NCBI GenBank assembly: GCA_035305585.1
Contig: DATGOV010000020.1
Coordinates: 39,325 to 103,324, forward strand
Source of the DNA: Acidimicrobiia bacterium
Lineage (GTDB): Bacteria > Actinomycetota > Acidimicrobiia > Spongiisociales > ZC4RG35
DNA: 64,000 bases
Reading direction: 5' to 3'
The notes beneath the pieces were generated by a model. The model made no database searches. It was not told the DNA's origin and saw only the letters and a program-made list of their open reading frames with translations. Of the stretch, positions 47,248-54,732 are shown in pieces (the first letter of the stretch is position 1; every line of letters begins with the position of its first letter). The translations under genes and the position numbers were made by a program.

Positions 47248-47637
47248 ATGGGACCACATACATCGCAGCGAGAGATCCGTCTCTGCGTTCCTGGTGAGGA
47301 TCGCTTCCTCGAGATGCTGCGGGGAGTGGTGGGCCGCGCCGCCCGCGTCGCCGGGTTCTCCTTCGCCGGGATCGAGGATTTCACTCTCGCTGTGGACGAG
47401 GCGGCCGTTCTCCTCCTCGAAACCCGGCCCACTGCCTTGCATCTCGTGGTCCGTGGCGTGGAACCGGGAGCCTCGGGTCTCGACGCCGTGGTCAGCGTCG
47501 ACCAGCCGTCGCAGCCTTGGCCGCCGCCGGGCCTCGCGGAAGACACCCGCTGGCAGATCCTCGGTGCCCTCTCCGACACGGTACGGTTCCTCGAGCCTCC
47601 GGCGACAGGGATCCGTCTGGCGCAGAAAGTCCGCTGA
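47248..47637 (+). CDS. Anti-sigma-factor-like (RsbW-type N-terminal fold) protein
   Basis: IRLCVPGEDRFLEMLRGVVGRAARVAGFSFAGIEDFTLAVDEAAVLLLE. Short (129 aa), with no clear ATP-lid motifs. Confidence 0.4.
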   Translation: MGPHTSQREIRLCVPGEDRFLEMLRGVVGRAARVAGFSFAGIEDFTLAVDEAAVLLLETRPTALHLVVRGVEPGASGLDAVVSVDQPSQPWPPPGLAEDTRWQILGALSDTVRFLEPPATGIRLAQKVR

Positions 47638-47710
47638 GCCGCGAAGACGTTTCGGGGCGTTGCCGCCGGGGTAGGAGCGTCCTCGGGAACCAGGGGGAGA
47701 GAACGGGCCG

Positions 47711-47747
47711 GCGACGATCTTCGTCCCCGGCCCGTTCCCCTGTAGGG
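47711..47747 (+). terminator. Stem-loop terminator candidate
   Basis: Perfect 11-bp stem, gaacgggccgg and ccggcccgttc, with a 15-nt loop, about 70 nt after the stop at 47637. Confidence 0.45.
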
Positions 47748-47802
47748 GGCTACCGCCGGCGGTACTGGTGTGGCAACGACGCCGGCGGGGTAGGGATGCC
47801 GA

Positions 47803-48339
47803 ATGTCGACGGAGACCTGTCCGGACCTCAGCACACTTCCTCCGGATCCCTCACCACGCTGGAGCACCTTCGACAGGTGGCTCCGGCGCATCGCCTCCAT
47901 CGCGATCGCGGCGACTGCCCTCGCCGCTCTGGCGGGTGTGCTCGGGGTCCGGACCGCCACGGCCACCTCGTCGGCCGACGGCTACGACCTGGAGGTGCGA
48001 TACGCCCGGGTGAGTCGGGCGGGGCTCGAAACGCCGTTCACCATCGATGTCCGTGCCGACTCGGGTCGTTTGCCGGACTCGGTGACATTGAGAATCGACA
48101 CCGCCTACCTCGGCATCTTCGACGAGAACGGCCTCGACCCCCAGCCGGCGTCAGCGTTCAGTGACTCCGTTGAGACCGAATGGACCTTCGATGTTCCCGT
48201 CCAGCGAGGCGAACTGAGTGTCGACTTCGACGCCCGGCTGTCGCCGGCTGTCCAATGGGGCAGGGAAGGAAGGGTGGTGCTGGTCCTCGACGGAGAGGAA
48301 GTGACCAGCGTCGTGTTCAAGACCTGGGTGATGCCCTGA
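47803..48339 (+). CDS. Membrane-anchored hypothetical protein
   Basis: One TM segment (IASIAIAATALAALAGVLGV) followed by a beta-rich extracytoplasmic domain. Confidence 0.55.
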   Translation: MSTETCPDLSTLPPDPSPRWSTFDRWLRRIASIAIAATALAALAGVLGVRTATATSSADGYDLEVRYARVSRAGLETPFTIDVRADSGRLPDSVTLRIDTAYLGIFDENGLDPQPASAFSDSVETEWTFDVPVQRGELSVDFDARLSPAVQWGREGRVVLVLDGEEVTSVVFKTWVMP

Positions 48340-48348
48340 GGAGGCGGA

Positions 48349-48795
48349 ATGGAACTCTTCGTACGCGCCACGGTCGTCTACTGGTTCCTGTGGCTGGTGG
48401 TCCGAGGAACCGGCAAGCGATCACTCGCTGAACTGACTCCCCTCGACATGTTGCTGATCGTGGTGCTGGGAGACATCGTCCAGCAGGGGGTGACCCAAGA
48501 GGACATGTCGATCACGGGAGCGGTCGTGGCCGTGTCCGTGTTCGTGGGCTGGACGATGCTCGGTGACGCCCTGAGCCGGCGTTCGAAATCGGCTGGAGTG
48601 GTGCTCGACGGGTTCCCTGTAGTCATCTTGCGAGGTGGCGAGCCCCTCGCCGCCCGCCTGGAGCGGGAGCGAATGACACTCGCAGACCTGAAGGAGGCCG
48701 CTCGAATGGAGGGTTATGGCGACCTCGGGGAACTGGAGTGGGCGATATTGGAGCCGGACGGCCGGTTCAGTTTCATCGCCAAGAAAGGCGACTGA
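48349..48795 (+). CDS. DUF421 (YetF-like) membrane protein
   Basis: VVYWFLWLVVRGTGKRSLAELTPLDMLLIVVLGD. Confidence 0.7.
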   Translation: MELFVRATVVYWFLWLVVRGTGKRSLAELTPLDMLLIVVLGDIVQQGVTQEDMSITGAVVAVSVFVGWTMLGDALSRRSKSAGVVLDGFPVVILRGGEPLAARLERERMTLADLKEAARMEGYGDLGELEWAILEPDGRFSFIAKKGD

Positions 48796-48807
48796 CTGCA
48801 AGCCGGC

Positions 48808-49008
48808 TCAGGACTCGACCACCGCACCCCGTACTCGTGGGAACCTGACCGGACGATGCTGGTGGCACATGTCGCTCTGGTTGTAGCGGCTCAACACGGT
48901 TTCGCATTCGGGTTCGGCGCAAACGCGATGGCCCTCGACCGTGCGGGGACGACGGCGGCTGCTTCCCAAACGAGAGGCTCGAAGGGTAGGAGCTTCTTGC
49001 GTCATCAC
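48808..49008 (-). CDS. Small zinc-ribbon-like protein
   Basis: C-x4-C...LSRYN....C-x2-H motif (CAEPECETVLSRYNQSDMCHQH). Preceded by GGAGGAAG. Confidence 0.5.
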   Translation of the reverse strand: MMTQEAPTLRASRLGSSRRRPRTVEGHRVCAEPECETVLSRYNQSDMCHQHRPVRFPRVRGAVVES

Positions 49009-49180
49009 GTCTCTTCCTCCTTGAACAGGTGGAAGATCGGCTACCCAAACGCCAGCATTTCAAACAAGCTCAATTCGGGATCCGTAGCGTCCGTCGGAGT
49101 GCGTAAAGAGCGAACGAATTCGGCGTTTGTTTCGCCACCTCAGGGGTAGTTCCCCCCGACGCTATCCCGAATGGAGCACC

Positions 49181-49240
49181 ATGTACATCGGCATCGGAAC
49201 CCTCATCCTGATCATCCTCATCGTCCTCATCGTCACGTGA
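49181..49240 (+). CDS. 19-aa hydrophobic micro-ORF (MYIGIGTLILIILIVLIVT)
   Basis: ATG 4 nt after GGAG. 15 of the 18 sense codons after the start end in C. Absent from the ORF track, which lists nothing shorter than 60 aa. Confidence 0.3.
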   Translation: MYIGIGTLILIILIVLIVT

Positions 49241-49296
49241 GGCGATGCGGCGCCACCCGTATCCTGCGTTCGATCGGGTCCCGCCTCGGGGGCTGA

Positions 49297-51681
49297 TCAG
49301 CGAAAGACCAGTTCGTCGGAGCCGGGGACTCGTGCCAATTGGCGCGTGAGCTCATAGAACTGGGCACGGGCGTACCTCTTCGGTGGTGCGAGTTCGCCCT
49401 CCAAGGAGAAGAACCGACTCACACATCCGGTTCTCGTCCGGCAGTTCCTCACCGCCAGCGCCTCGACCGGGCCCGATTCGCTGTAGCGGCGCAACACCAA
49501 GTCCGTGACCGGCGTCGGCACCGTGGCCACGATCCGATAGCGGGTCAGCTTCTCTCCTCGTAGTTCCCTCAGTTCGATCGACGACCCTTCCTCCAGAGGG
49601 GCGGCCGACAGCATGTCGGCCCTGCCGTCCCCGTCGAAGTCGAACAGCCTCTTCAGTTGTAGCTCCGACCGGCGAGCCTCACCCAAGCGGATCGGAGCGT
49701 CGAAGCCGGCGCCAGTCGAGCCCTGCATGAACCAGCACGTCCCGGCGTCGCACTCCGCGGCGTAGACGATGTCGTCGCGGCCGTCGCCGTCCATGTCAGC
49801 GGCCTCGGGGGCGATGTCGTAGCCCTCGAGCGGAGGACCCCAGTCGGCGCCCTCGGAGAAGGACTCACCCGTGCTCAGGTGTGTCCGCCAGCACGGACGC
49901 GAAGGCTCCGCTCCGCATTGTCCCGAGTAGGTGATGTCGGCGAGCCCGTCCCCGTCGAAGTCACCTGCCACCAAGCGACTGGCGGGGGAGAAGCGGGCGC
50001 CGTCGCCCCAATCCTCCCCCGGTCCCAACGTCGACCCCCCACCTCGGTGCACGCGCCAGCAGCGCTCCGATCGCCCACAGCGGCCGCGATACACGACGTC
50101 TCCTTTTCCGTTTCCATCGACATCGGCTACGACGACTCCCAGTCGGCCGGTCTCCAGGCTGAACCAGGCGCCGTTGCCCAGAGATCTCGTCGCCACCCCG
50201 TCTTCTGTGGTGGAGCGCAAGTGGAAGCACGGCCCTGTGGAGCATTCGGTCCAGGAGATCCAGTCGGCGAATCCGTCTCCGGTGTAGTCGCCGGTCCCCG
50301 GCGGGATCTCGCCCGGGCCGGTGCCGCAGCCGATGCGCTTGCCGTCGACCGCTACCTCGTCGAAGGTCAGCCCGAGATCCTTGTTCGCGGTCGGCTTGCC
50401 GCCGTAGTAGACGTTGAACCAGAACGACTCGATCCGGATCTCGGGCTCGCCGGGGCGACGGAACTCGATGCCGGCAGCCTCGAACGCCGGAGTGCCGTCC
50501 ACCCATCCGCGCAGGGCACCGTCGGCGACTCCCGGATTGTTGAGCTGGATCTGCCCTTCGATGCAGTACCACTCGCCCGGCTGGAGCATGCCTGCCTGGT
50601 TCCACTGCATGCCGTCGCCGTAGCGCCGCTCCTGGCCGAGGTGATACACGTAGTAGCCGAGCCGGGCCCGCGGGTCGTCAGGGCGGTTGCCGGCGAACTT
50701 CATCCGCGCCGACCAGCCCGGTGCGGTCGGCTTCGACGGGTAGCCGCCCTTGCCGGTGTGGTTGTAGATGCCCGAGAACCCTGGGAGCTTCCCGCTCGCT
50801 TTCGGATCCCAACCCGGCTCCACCCGCAGGAAGTACCGGAAGAAGAGGGTTTCCGGGTCCTCACCCACGATGCGGTCCAGGTCCAATTCGAAATCGGCGC
50901 CGTAGTGGGAGCCGCGGGGGATCCGCACCGTCATTCCTTTGCCCTGGTATCCGGCGTGGGTCAGAGCCACCCGGTTGCGGGGGCTGGGCTTCTTGCCGTC
51001 CCACAGGCGCAGGCGGTCGAACGAGTCGATGAAGCCGAGGTCAGGCCCGTCGGGCCGGTCGGCGATCTCGATCGGGGGCAATCCGATCGCCTGACTGAGG
51101 GCGAACGCTGCTTCGTCGCGGGTGACGGGAGCGTCGGGGCAGAGACGGCGGTCATCGGGCAGATCGCAAGGCTCGATACCGCCTCGGGAGGCGAGAGCTG
51201 TCATCGAGCCTGCGTACGGTGAATCCCTCAGGTCACGATATCTCTCAGTGTTGGCCCTCAGCTTCCAGCCGAGGGAGTCGGCGATCAGCTGGGCCATCTG
51301 GCCACGGGACAACGGCGAATCGGGGCAGAACCGGCCGCCACCGCACCCGTTGGTGATCCCGGCCGCGGCGAGGGCGTTGATGGACGGTTCGGCGGTTGTC
51401 CCGTCGTCGTCCGAGAAGTAGTCGGCGCCATCGGGACGGAGGCCCACAGCGCGGACGAGCATGATCGCCATCTCGGCACGGCTGACGACACGGTGGGGGC
51501 AGAAGCGGTTGTTCTCCGGCGGGTTGCATCCACTCACCAGCCCGGCCGCCGACGCCGCCTCGATGTAGCCCTCGTAGCGGCTCCGGTCGTCGTCCACGTA
51601 GGTGTCCGGTGTCGAGGCGAGAGCCGGCACGGCCGCGAGGGCGAGCCAGAGCACGACGAAGCCGAAGAGGGTCCGGACCAT
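49297..51681 (-). CDS. Secreted multidomain protein: 3 SLH-like repeats, polysaccharide-lyase-like jelly roll, FG-GAP/VCBS repeats
   Basis: Signal peptide MVRTLFGFVVLWLALAAVPALA. Three repeats of the form ...C(P)...S/TR.E.A..L. Mid-domain GKLPGFSG...WSARMKF...LNNPGVADGALRGWVDG. Four DxDGDG-type loops. Confidence 0.65.
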   Translation of the reverse strand: MVRTLFGFVVLWLALAAVPALASTPDTYVDDDRSRYEGYIEAASAAGLVSGCNPPENNRFCPHRVVSRAEMAIMLVRAVGLRPDGADYFSDDDGTTAEPSINALAAAGITNGCGGGRFCPDSPLSRGQMAQLIADSLGWKLRANTERYRDLRDSPYAGSMTALASRGGIEPCDLPDDRRLCPDAPVTRDEAAFALSQAIGLPPIEIADRPDGPDLGFIDSFDRLRLWDGKKPSPRNRVALTHAGYQGKGMTVRIPRGSHYGADFELDLDRIVGEDPETLFFRYFLRVEPGWDPKASGKLPGFSGIYNHTGKGGYPSKPTAPGWSARMKFAGNRPDDPRARLGYYVYHLGQERRYGDGMQWNQAGMLQPGEWYCIEGQIQLNNPGVADGALRGWVDGTPAFEAAGIEFRRPGEPEIRIESFWFNVYYGGKPTANKDLGLTFDEVAVDGKRIGCGTGPGEIPPGTGDYTGDGFADWISWTECSTGPCFHLRSTTEDGVATRSLGNGAWFSLETGRLGVVVADVDGNGKGDVVYRGRCGRSERCWRVHRGGGSTLGPGEDWGDGARFSPASRLVAGDFDGDGLADITYSGQCGAEPSRPCWRTHLSTGESFSEGADWGPPLEGYDIAPEAADMDGDGRDDIVYAAECDAGTCWFMQGSTGAGFDAPIRLGEARRSELQLKRLFDFDGDGRADMLSAAPLEEGSSIELRELRGEKLTRYRIVATVPTPVTDLVLRRYSESGPVEALAVRNCRTRTGCVSRFFSLEGELAPPKRYARAQFYELTRQLARVPGSDELVFR

Positions 51682-51742
51682 GGGCGTAGGAACGTACCCA
51701 CCTGATGGGAGGTTCCCAATATCTTCCGGTGGGGCGGGAGGA

Positions 51743-52915
51743 TCAGATTCGAACCGGTTCGAAGTCGGGTGCGGCGAATCGGGCCAGCACCGCTCCGGCT
51801 CCGGCGAGGACGGCCGCTCCTGCCCAGGCGACGGTGAACGACAGCTGCTCCGCCGCAACTCCGAACGCCAGAGGTCCCAGACCGTTGCCGATCGCCAGGC
51901 CCAGGAGGCCGAGCCCCGCCCCCGCGCCCGGTGCCGACGGGTTGGCGCGGACCAGGGTCAGGAACAAGAGGCCGGTCCATCCCCATCCGCCGGCGAACGC
52001 TCCAACGGCGCCCACCACGAGCAGTGGAAGCGACCCGGCCGCGGCGAGGGCCATCGACACCGCTCCCACCGCCATCATCACCCAGATCGTGTGCAGCTGG
52101 GGGCCGCCGTCGCGGTCGGCGCGGATGCCGGTCGTCACGCGGGTGACGATGCCGGCCACGCTTCCCGCCGCCAGCAGCAATCCGGCCGCTCCCTCGGCCA
52201 TGCCCATCGCCACCGCGCTCTCGGTCAGGAACACTCCGATCCCGCTGGACGCCGTCGAGGCGCAGGCCGCGGAGGCGGCCACGATCCCGAGCGTTCGCCG
52301 CGACACCGACGTTGCCGATGCGTCCGTCGTCGGCGGGGCCGCTCGCCGTTGACCGTCCACTCGACGCAAGCCGACGGCGACCACCGCCAACGGCACGACT
52401 CCGAGCAGGAACGCCCAGCGCCATCCGTGTTCGAGGGCGATCACCGGTACCGCCAACCCGGCGAGGAGCGTGGCGGTGGGAATGGACGCCTCCTTGACCC
52501 CGAAGGCCAGGCCTTGGCTCCTCGGATCGACGTGGGAATCGATCACGACCGCCAGGCCTGGGTCCAAGAAGGCGAACGAGAGGCCGCCGAGGACGAGGCA
52601 GCCCAAGAGCATCTCCCAACTTCGGGCGAACAGCGCGGTGCCGGCGAGGGAGAGGCTGGCCAGGGCCGCTCCACAGGCGATGGCGATTCGCCCTCCCACT
52701 CGGTCGGCCACCCTCCCGCCGATCGGCCCGGCTACCGCCCCGAACAGGAACGCGACTGTCACGGCGGCGCCCAACTGGGTTTCTGTGAACCCGAGGTCGT
52801 GGCGGATCTGCACCGCCAGTCCGCCGACGAGGAAGATCGGGAGGGCCGACAGGACCAACCCGCCGGCGGAGAGGAGCCCGGTCCTCCAGAGGCTCGGGAA
52901 TCGGTCGTCCGTCAC
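51743..52915 (-). CDS. MFS transporter
   Basis: About 12 TM segments. The GTG start at 52915 forms a GTGA overlap with the soxD stop. The ORF-track 5' extension overlaps soxD and is rejected. Confidence 0.75.
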   Translation of the reverse strand: MTDDRFPSLWRTGLLSAGGLVLSALPIFLVGGLAVQIRHDLGFTETQLGAAVTVAFLFGAVAGPIGGRVADRVGGRIAIACGAALASLSLAGTALFARSWEMLLGCLVLGGLSFAFLDPGLAVVIDSHVDPRSQGLAFGVKEASIPTATLLAGLAVPVIALEHGWRWAFLLGVVPLAVVAVGLRRVDGQRRAAPPTTDASATSVSRRTLGIVAASAACASTASSGIGVFLTESAVAMGMAEGAAGLLLAAGSVAGIVTRVTTGIRADRDGGPQLHTIWVMMAVGAVSMALAAAGSLPLLVVGAVGAFAGGWGWTGLLFLTLVRANPSAPGAGAGLGLLGLAIGNGLGPLAFGVAAEQLSFTVAWAGAAVLAGAGAVLARFAAPDFEPVRI

Positions 52916-53145
52916 AGCCACTCGTAGGTCGTCCGGTCGCGCGCCGTGTAGGTCCATCGCCGGCATCCGGCGGCGTGGAACCACGCCTCGGTGGCCGGTC
53001 CGGTGGGGTTGCTGCGCATGTACACCCGGTCCAGGTCGCGGGCGTCGGGGTCGGTGAGGTGTTCGGGAACCTGGGGGATCTCCCCGTAGACGAACTCTTC
53101 TACCGGTCGGGAGCCGCAGTGGTCGCAAGGGACGAAGAGCGCCAT
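52912..53145 (-). CDS. soxD: Sarcosine oxidase delta-subunit family protein
   Basis: 77 aa. CDHCG...EF.YGE...H..GC Zn-ribbon pattern. Confidence 0.7.
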   Translation of the reverse strand: MALFVPCDHCGSRPVEEFVYGEIPQVPEHLTDPDARDLDRVYMRSNPTGPATEAWFHAAGCRRWTYTARDRTTYEWL

Positions 53146-53146
53146 G

Positions 53147-54358
53147 TCAGTGGGTTCCCGCCGAACCGGCGTCAGCCATGATTCGGTCCTTCTCGAAGCG
53201 GTCGTACGAGAACGGGGCGATCAACTCCGGAGTGCGTCCGGTGGCGATGAGCTCGGCCATCTGCTCGCCGCCCGCCGGGATCGCCTTGAACCCCCACGTG
53301 CCCCAGCCGGTGGTGATGAGGAAGTCCTCGATGGGCGTGAATCCCATGATGGGAGAGGCGTCGGGCGATATGTCGCACACCCCGGCCCATTGACGGAGGA
53401 TCCGCAGGGAGGCGAGGAATGGCAGGTAGGCGACCGCCTTCGCCGAGCACGACGAGAGCAGATCGAACGACGTGTCCCACGAATAGCCTGGCGCCCGCTC
53501 GTACTCCGCCCCGATGAGCATCTCGCCGCGGGCCGTCTGGCTCAGATAGAAGGGGATCTCGACCGAGCCGATGATGTAGGGGAAGGTCTGCTCGTAGTGG
53601 TTCGTGACGTACGCCTGCAGCGGATGGGTGATGATCGGGAGGCGCAGCCCGGCCATCGCCGCGATGTCGCTGGCGAAACCGCCGACGGCGCTGACCACCA
53701 CGCCGGCCGAGAACCGGCCCCGATCCGTCTCCACGCCGACGACTCGGTCTCCATCCATCGTCAGCCCGGTGACGGTGGTTCTCTGATGCACCGCCACTCC
53801 CGCTTCCATCGCACCCTCGGCGAGCGCCCACACGACTCGGTCGTGGCGGGCGGTCGCCGCTCGCGGGTGGTAGGACGCGCCCATCACCGGGTAGCCGTTG
53901 TCGCCTCCGGTGAGGTCGACCTGTGGAACCAGTTCGGCTATCTCCTCGGGGGTGAGGAACACCGTCTCGGCTCCCGCCGCCGTGTTCAGGAGCGCCCGCC
54001 TCCTCTCGCCCCGCACTCCGGCTTCGGAGTGGACCATCCAGATCAGGCCCTTCTCGGAGTGCATGATCCAGCGCCCTGTTTCCTCTTCGAGTTGCTGGTA
54101 CAACTCGAGGGACCGCTGGTAGAAGCGGATCGACTCGGGGATGCCGTAGTTGGCCCGGATCACCGTTGTGTTCCGGCCCGTGTTCCCGGACCCGATGTAG
54201 CCCCGCTCCAGCACTGCGACGTCGGTGATTCCGTGGCGTTTCGCCAGGTGATAGGCGATGGACAGGCCATGACCGCCGCCACCGATGATCACGACGTCGT
54301 AGGTCGGTTTGGGGTCCCGCCACGTGAGCCGGATGCTCCGCTCGACGAACTCGTTCAC
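53147..54358 (-). CDS. soxB: Sarcosine oxidase beta-subunit family flavoprotein
   Basis: YDVVIIGGGGHGLSIAYHLAKRHGITDVAVLERGYIGSGNTGRNTTVIRANY. Confidence 0.88.
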   Translation of the reverse strand: MNEFVERSIRLTWRDPKPTYDVVIIGGGGHGLSIAYHLAKRHGITDVAVLERGYIGSGNTGRNTTVIRANYGIPESIRFYQRSLELYQQLEEETGRWIMHSEKGLIWMVHSEAGVRGERRRALLNTAAGAETVFLTPEEIAELVPQVDLTGGDNGYPVMGASYHPRAATARHDRVVWALAEGAMEAGVAVHQRTTVTGLTMDGDRVVGVETDRGRFSAGVVVSAVGGFASDIAAMAGLRLPIITHPLQAYVTNHYEQTFPYIIGSVEIPFYLSQTARGEMLIGAEYERAPGYSWDTSFDLLSSCSAKAVAYLPFLASLRILRQWAGVCDISPDASPIMGFTPIEDFLITTGWGTWGFKAIPAGGEQMAELIATGRTPELIAPFSYDRFEKDRIMADAGSAGTH

Positions 54359-54732
54359 AGCCGCTCCTCCAAGTCATGGGCTAGAGAGGCGCGGGTGATG
54401 AGAAGCCCACGGTCGCCCTCGACCCAGACTTTCACCGGTAGCCCGGCGGCGCTTCCCTGAGCGAAGTACCGGTCGCCTTTCGGCAGCGTCCATTCTGCCG
54501 TGCGGGCTAGCCAGGCCTCGAGCCGGGCCCGATCCATCGTCACTGCGCAGAAGCCGTCTTCGGGTTCGACGATGGCGTAGGGATCGCCGATGTCGAAGCC
54601 CGGTTCCCCGATCACCAGCACCTCGTCGGGGGCGATTCGCAACACCACCGCTTCCGAAGGCCACGTTGCCGCGTCCAACGCCGCCGGCTCGGCGATGGCT
54701 CGCCACGCCACCAGGGGCTCAGGCACGGGCAC
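54355..54732 (-). CDS. soxG: Sarcosine oxidase gamma-subunit-like protein (short form)
   Basis: Called from its position between the alpha and beta genes with overlapping stops, plus weak similarity to the SoxG C-terminal half. 125 aa. Confidence 0.45.
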   Translation of the reverse strand: MPVPEPLVAWRAIAEPAALDAATWPSEAVVLRIAPDEVLVIGEPGFDIGDPYAIVEPEDGFCAVTMDRARLEAWLARTAEWTLPKGDRYFAQGSAAGLPVKVWVEGDRGLLITRASLAHDLEERL

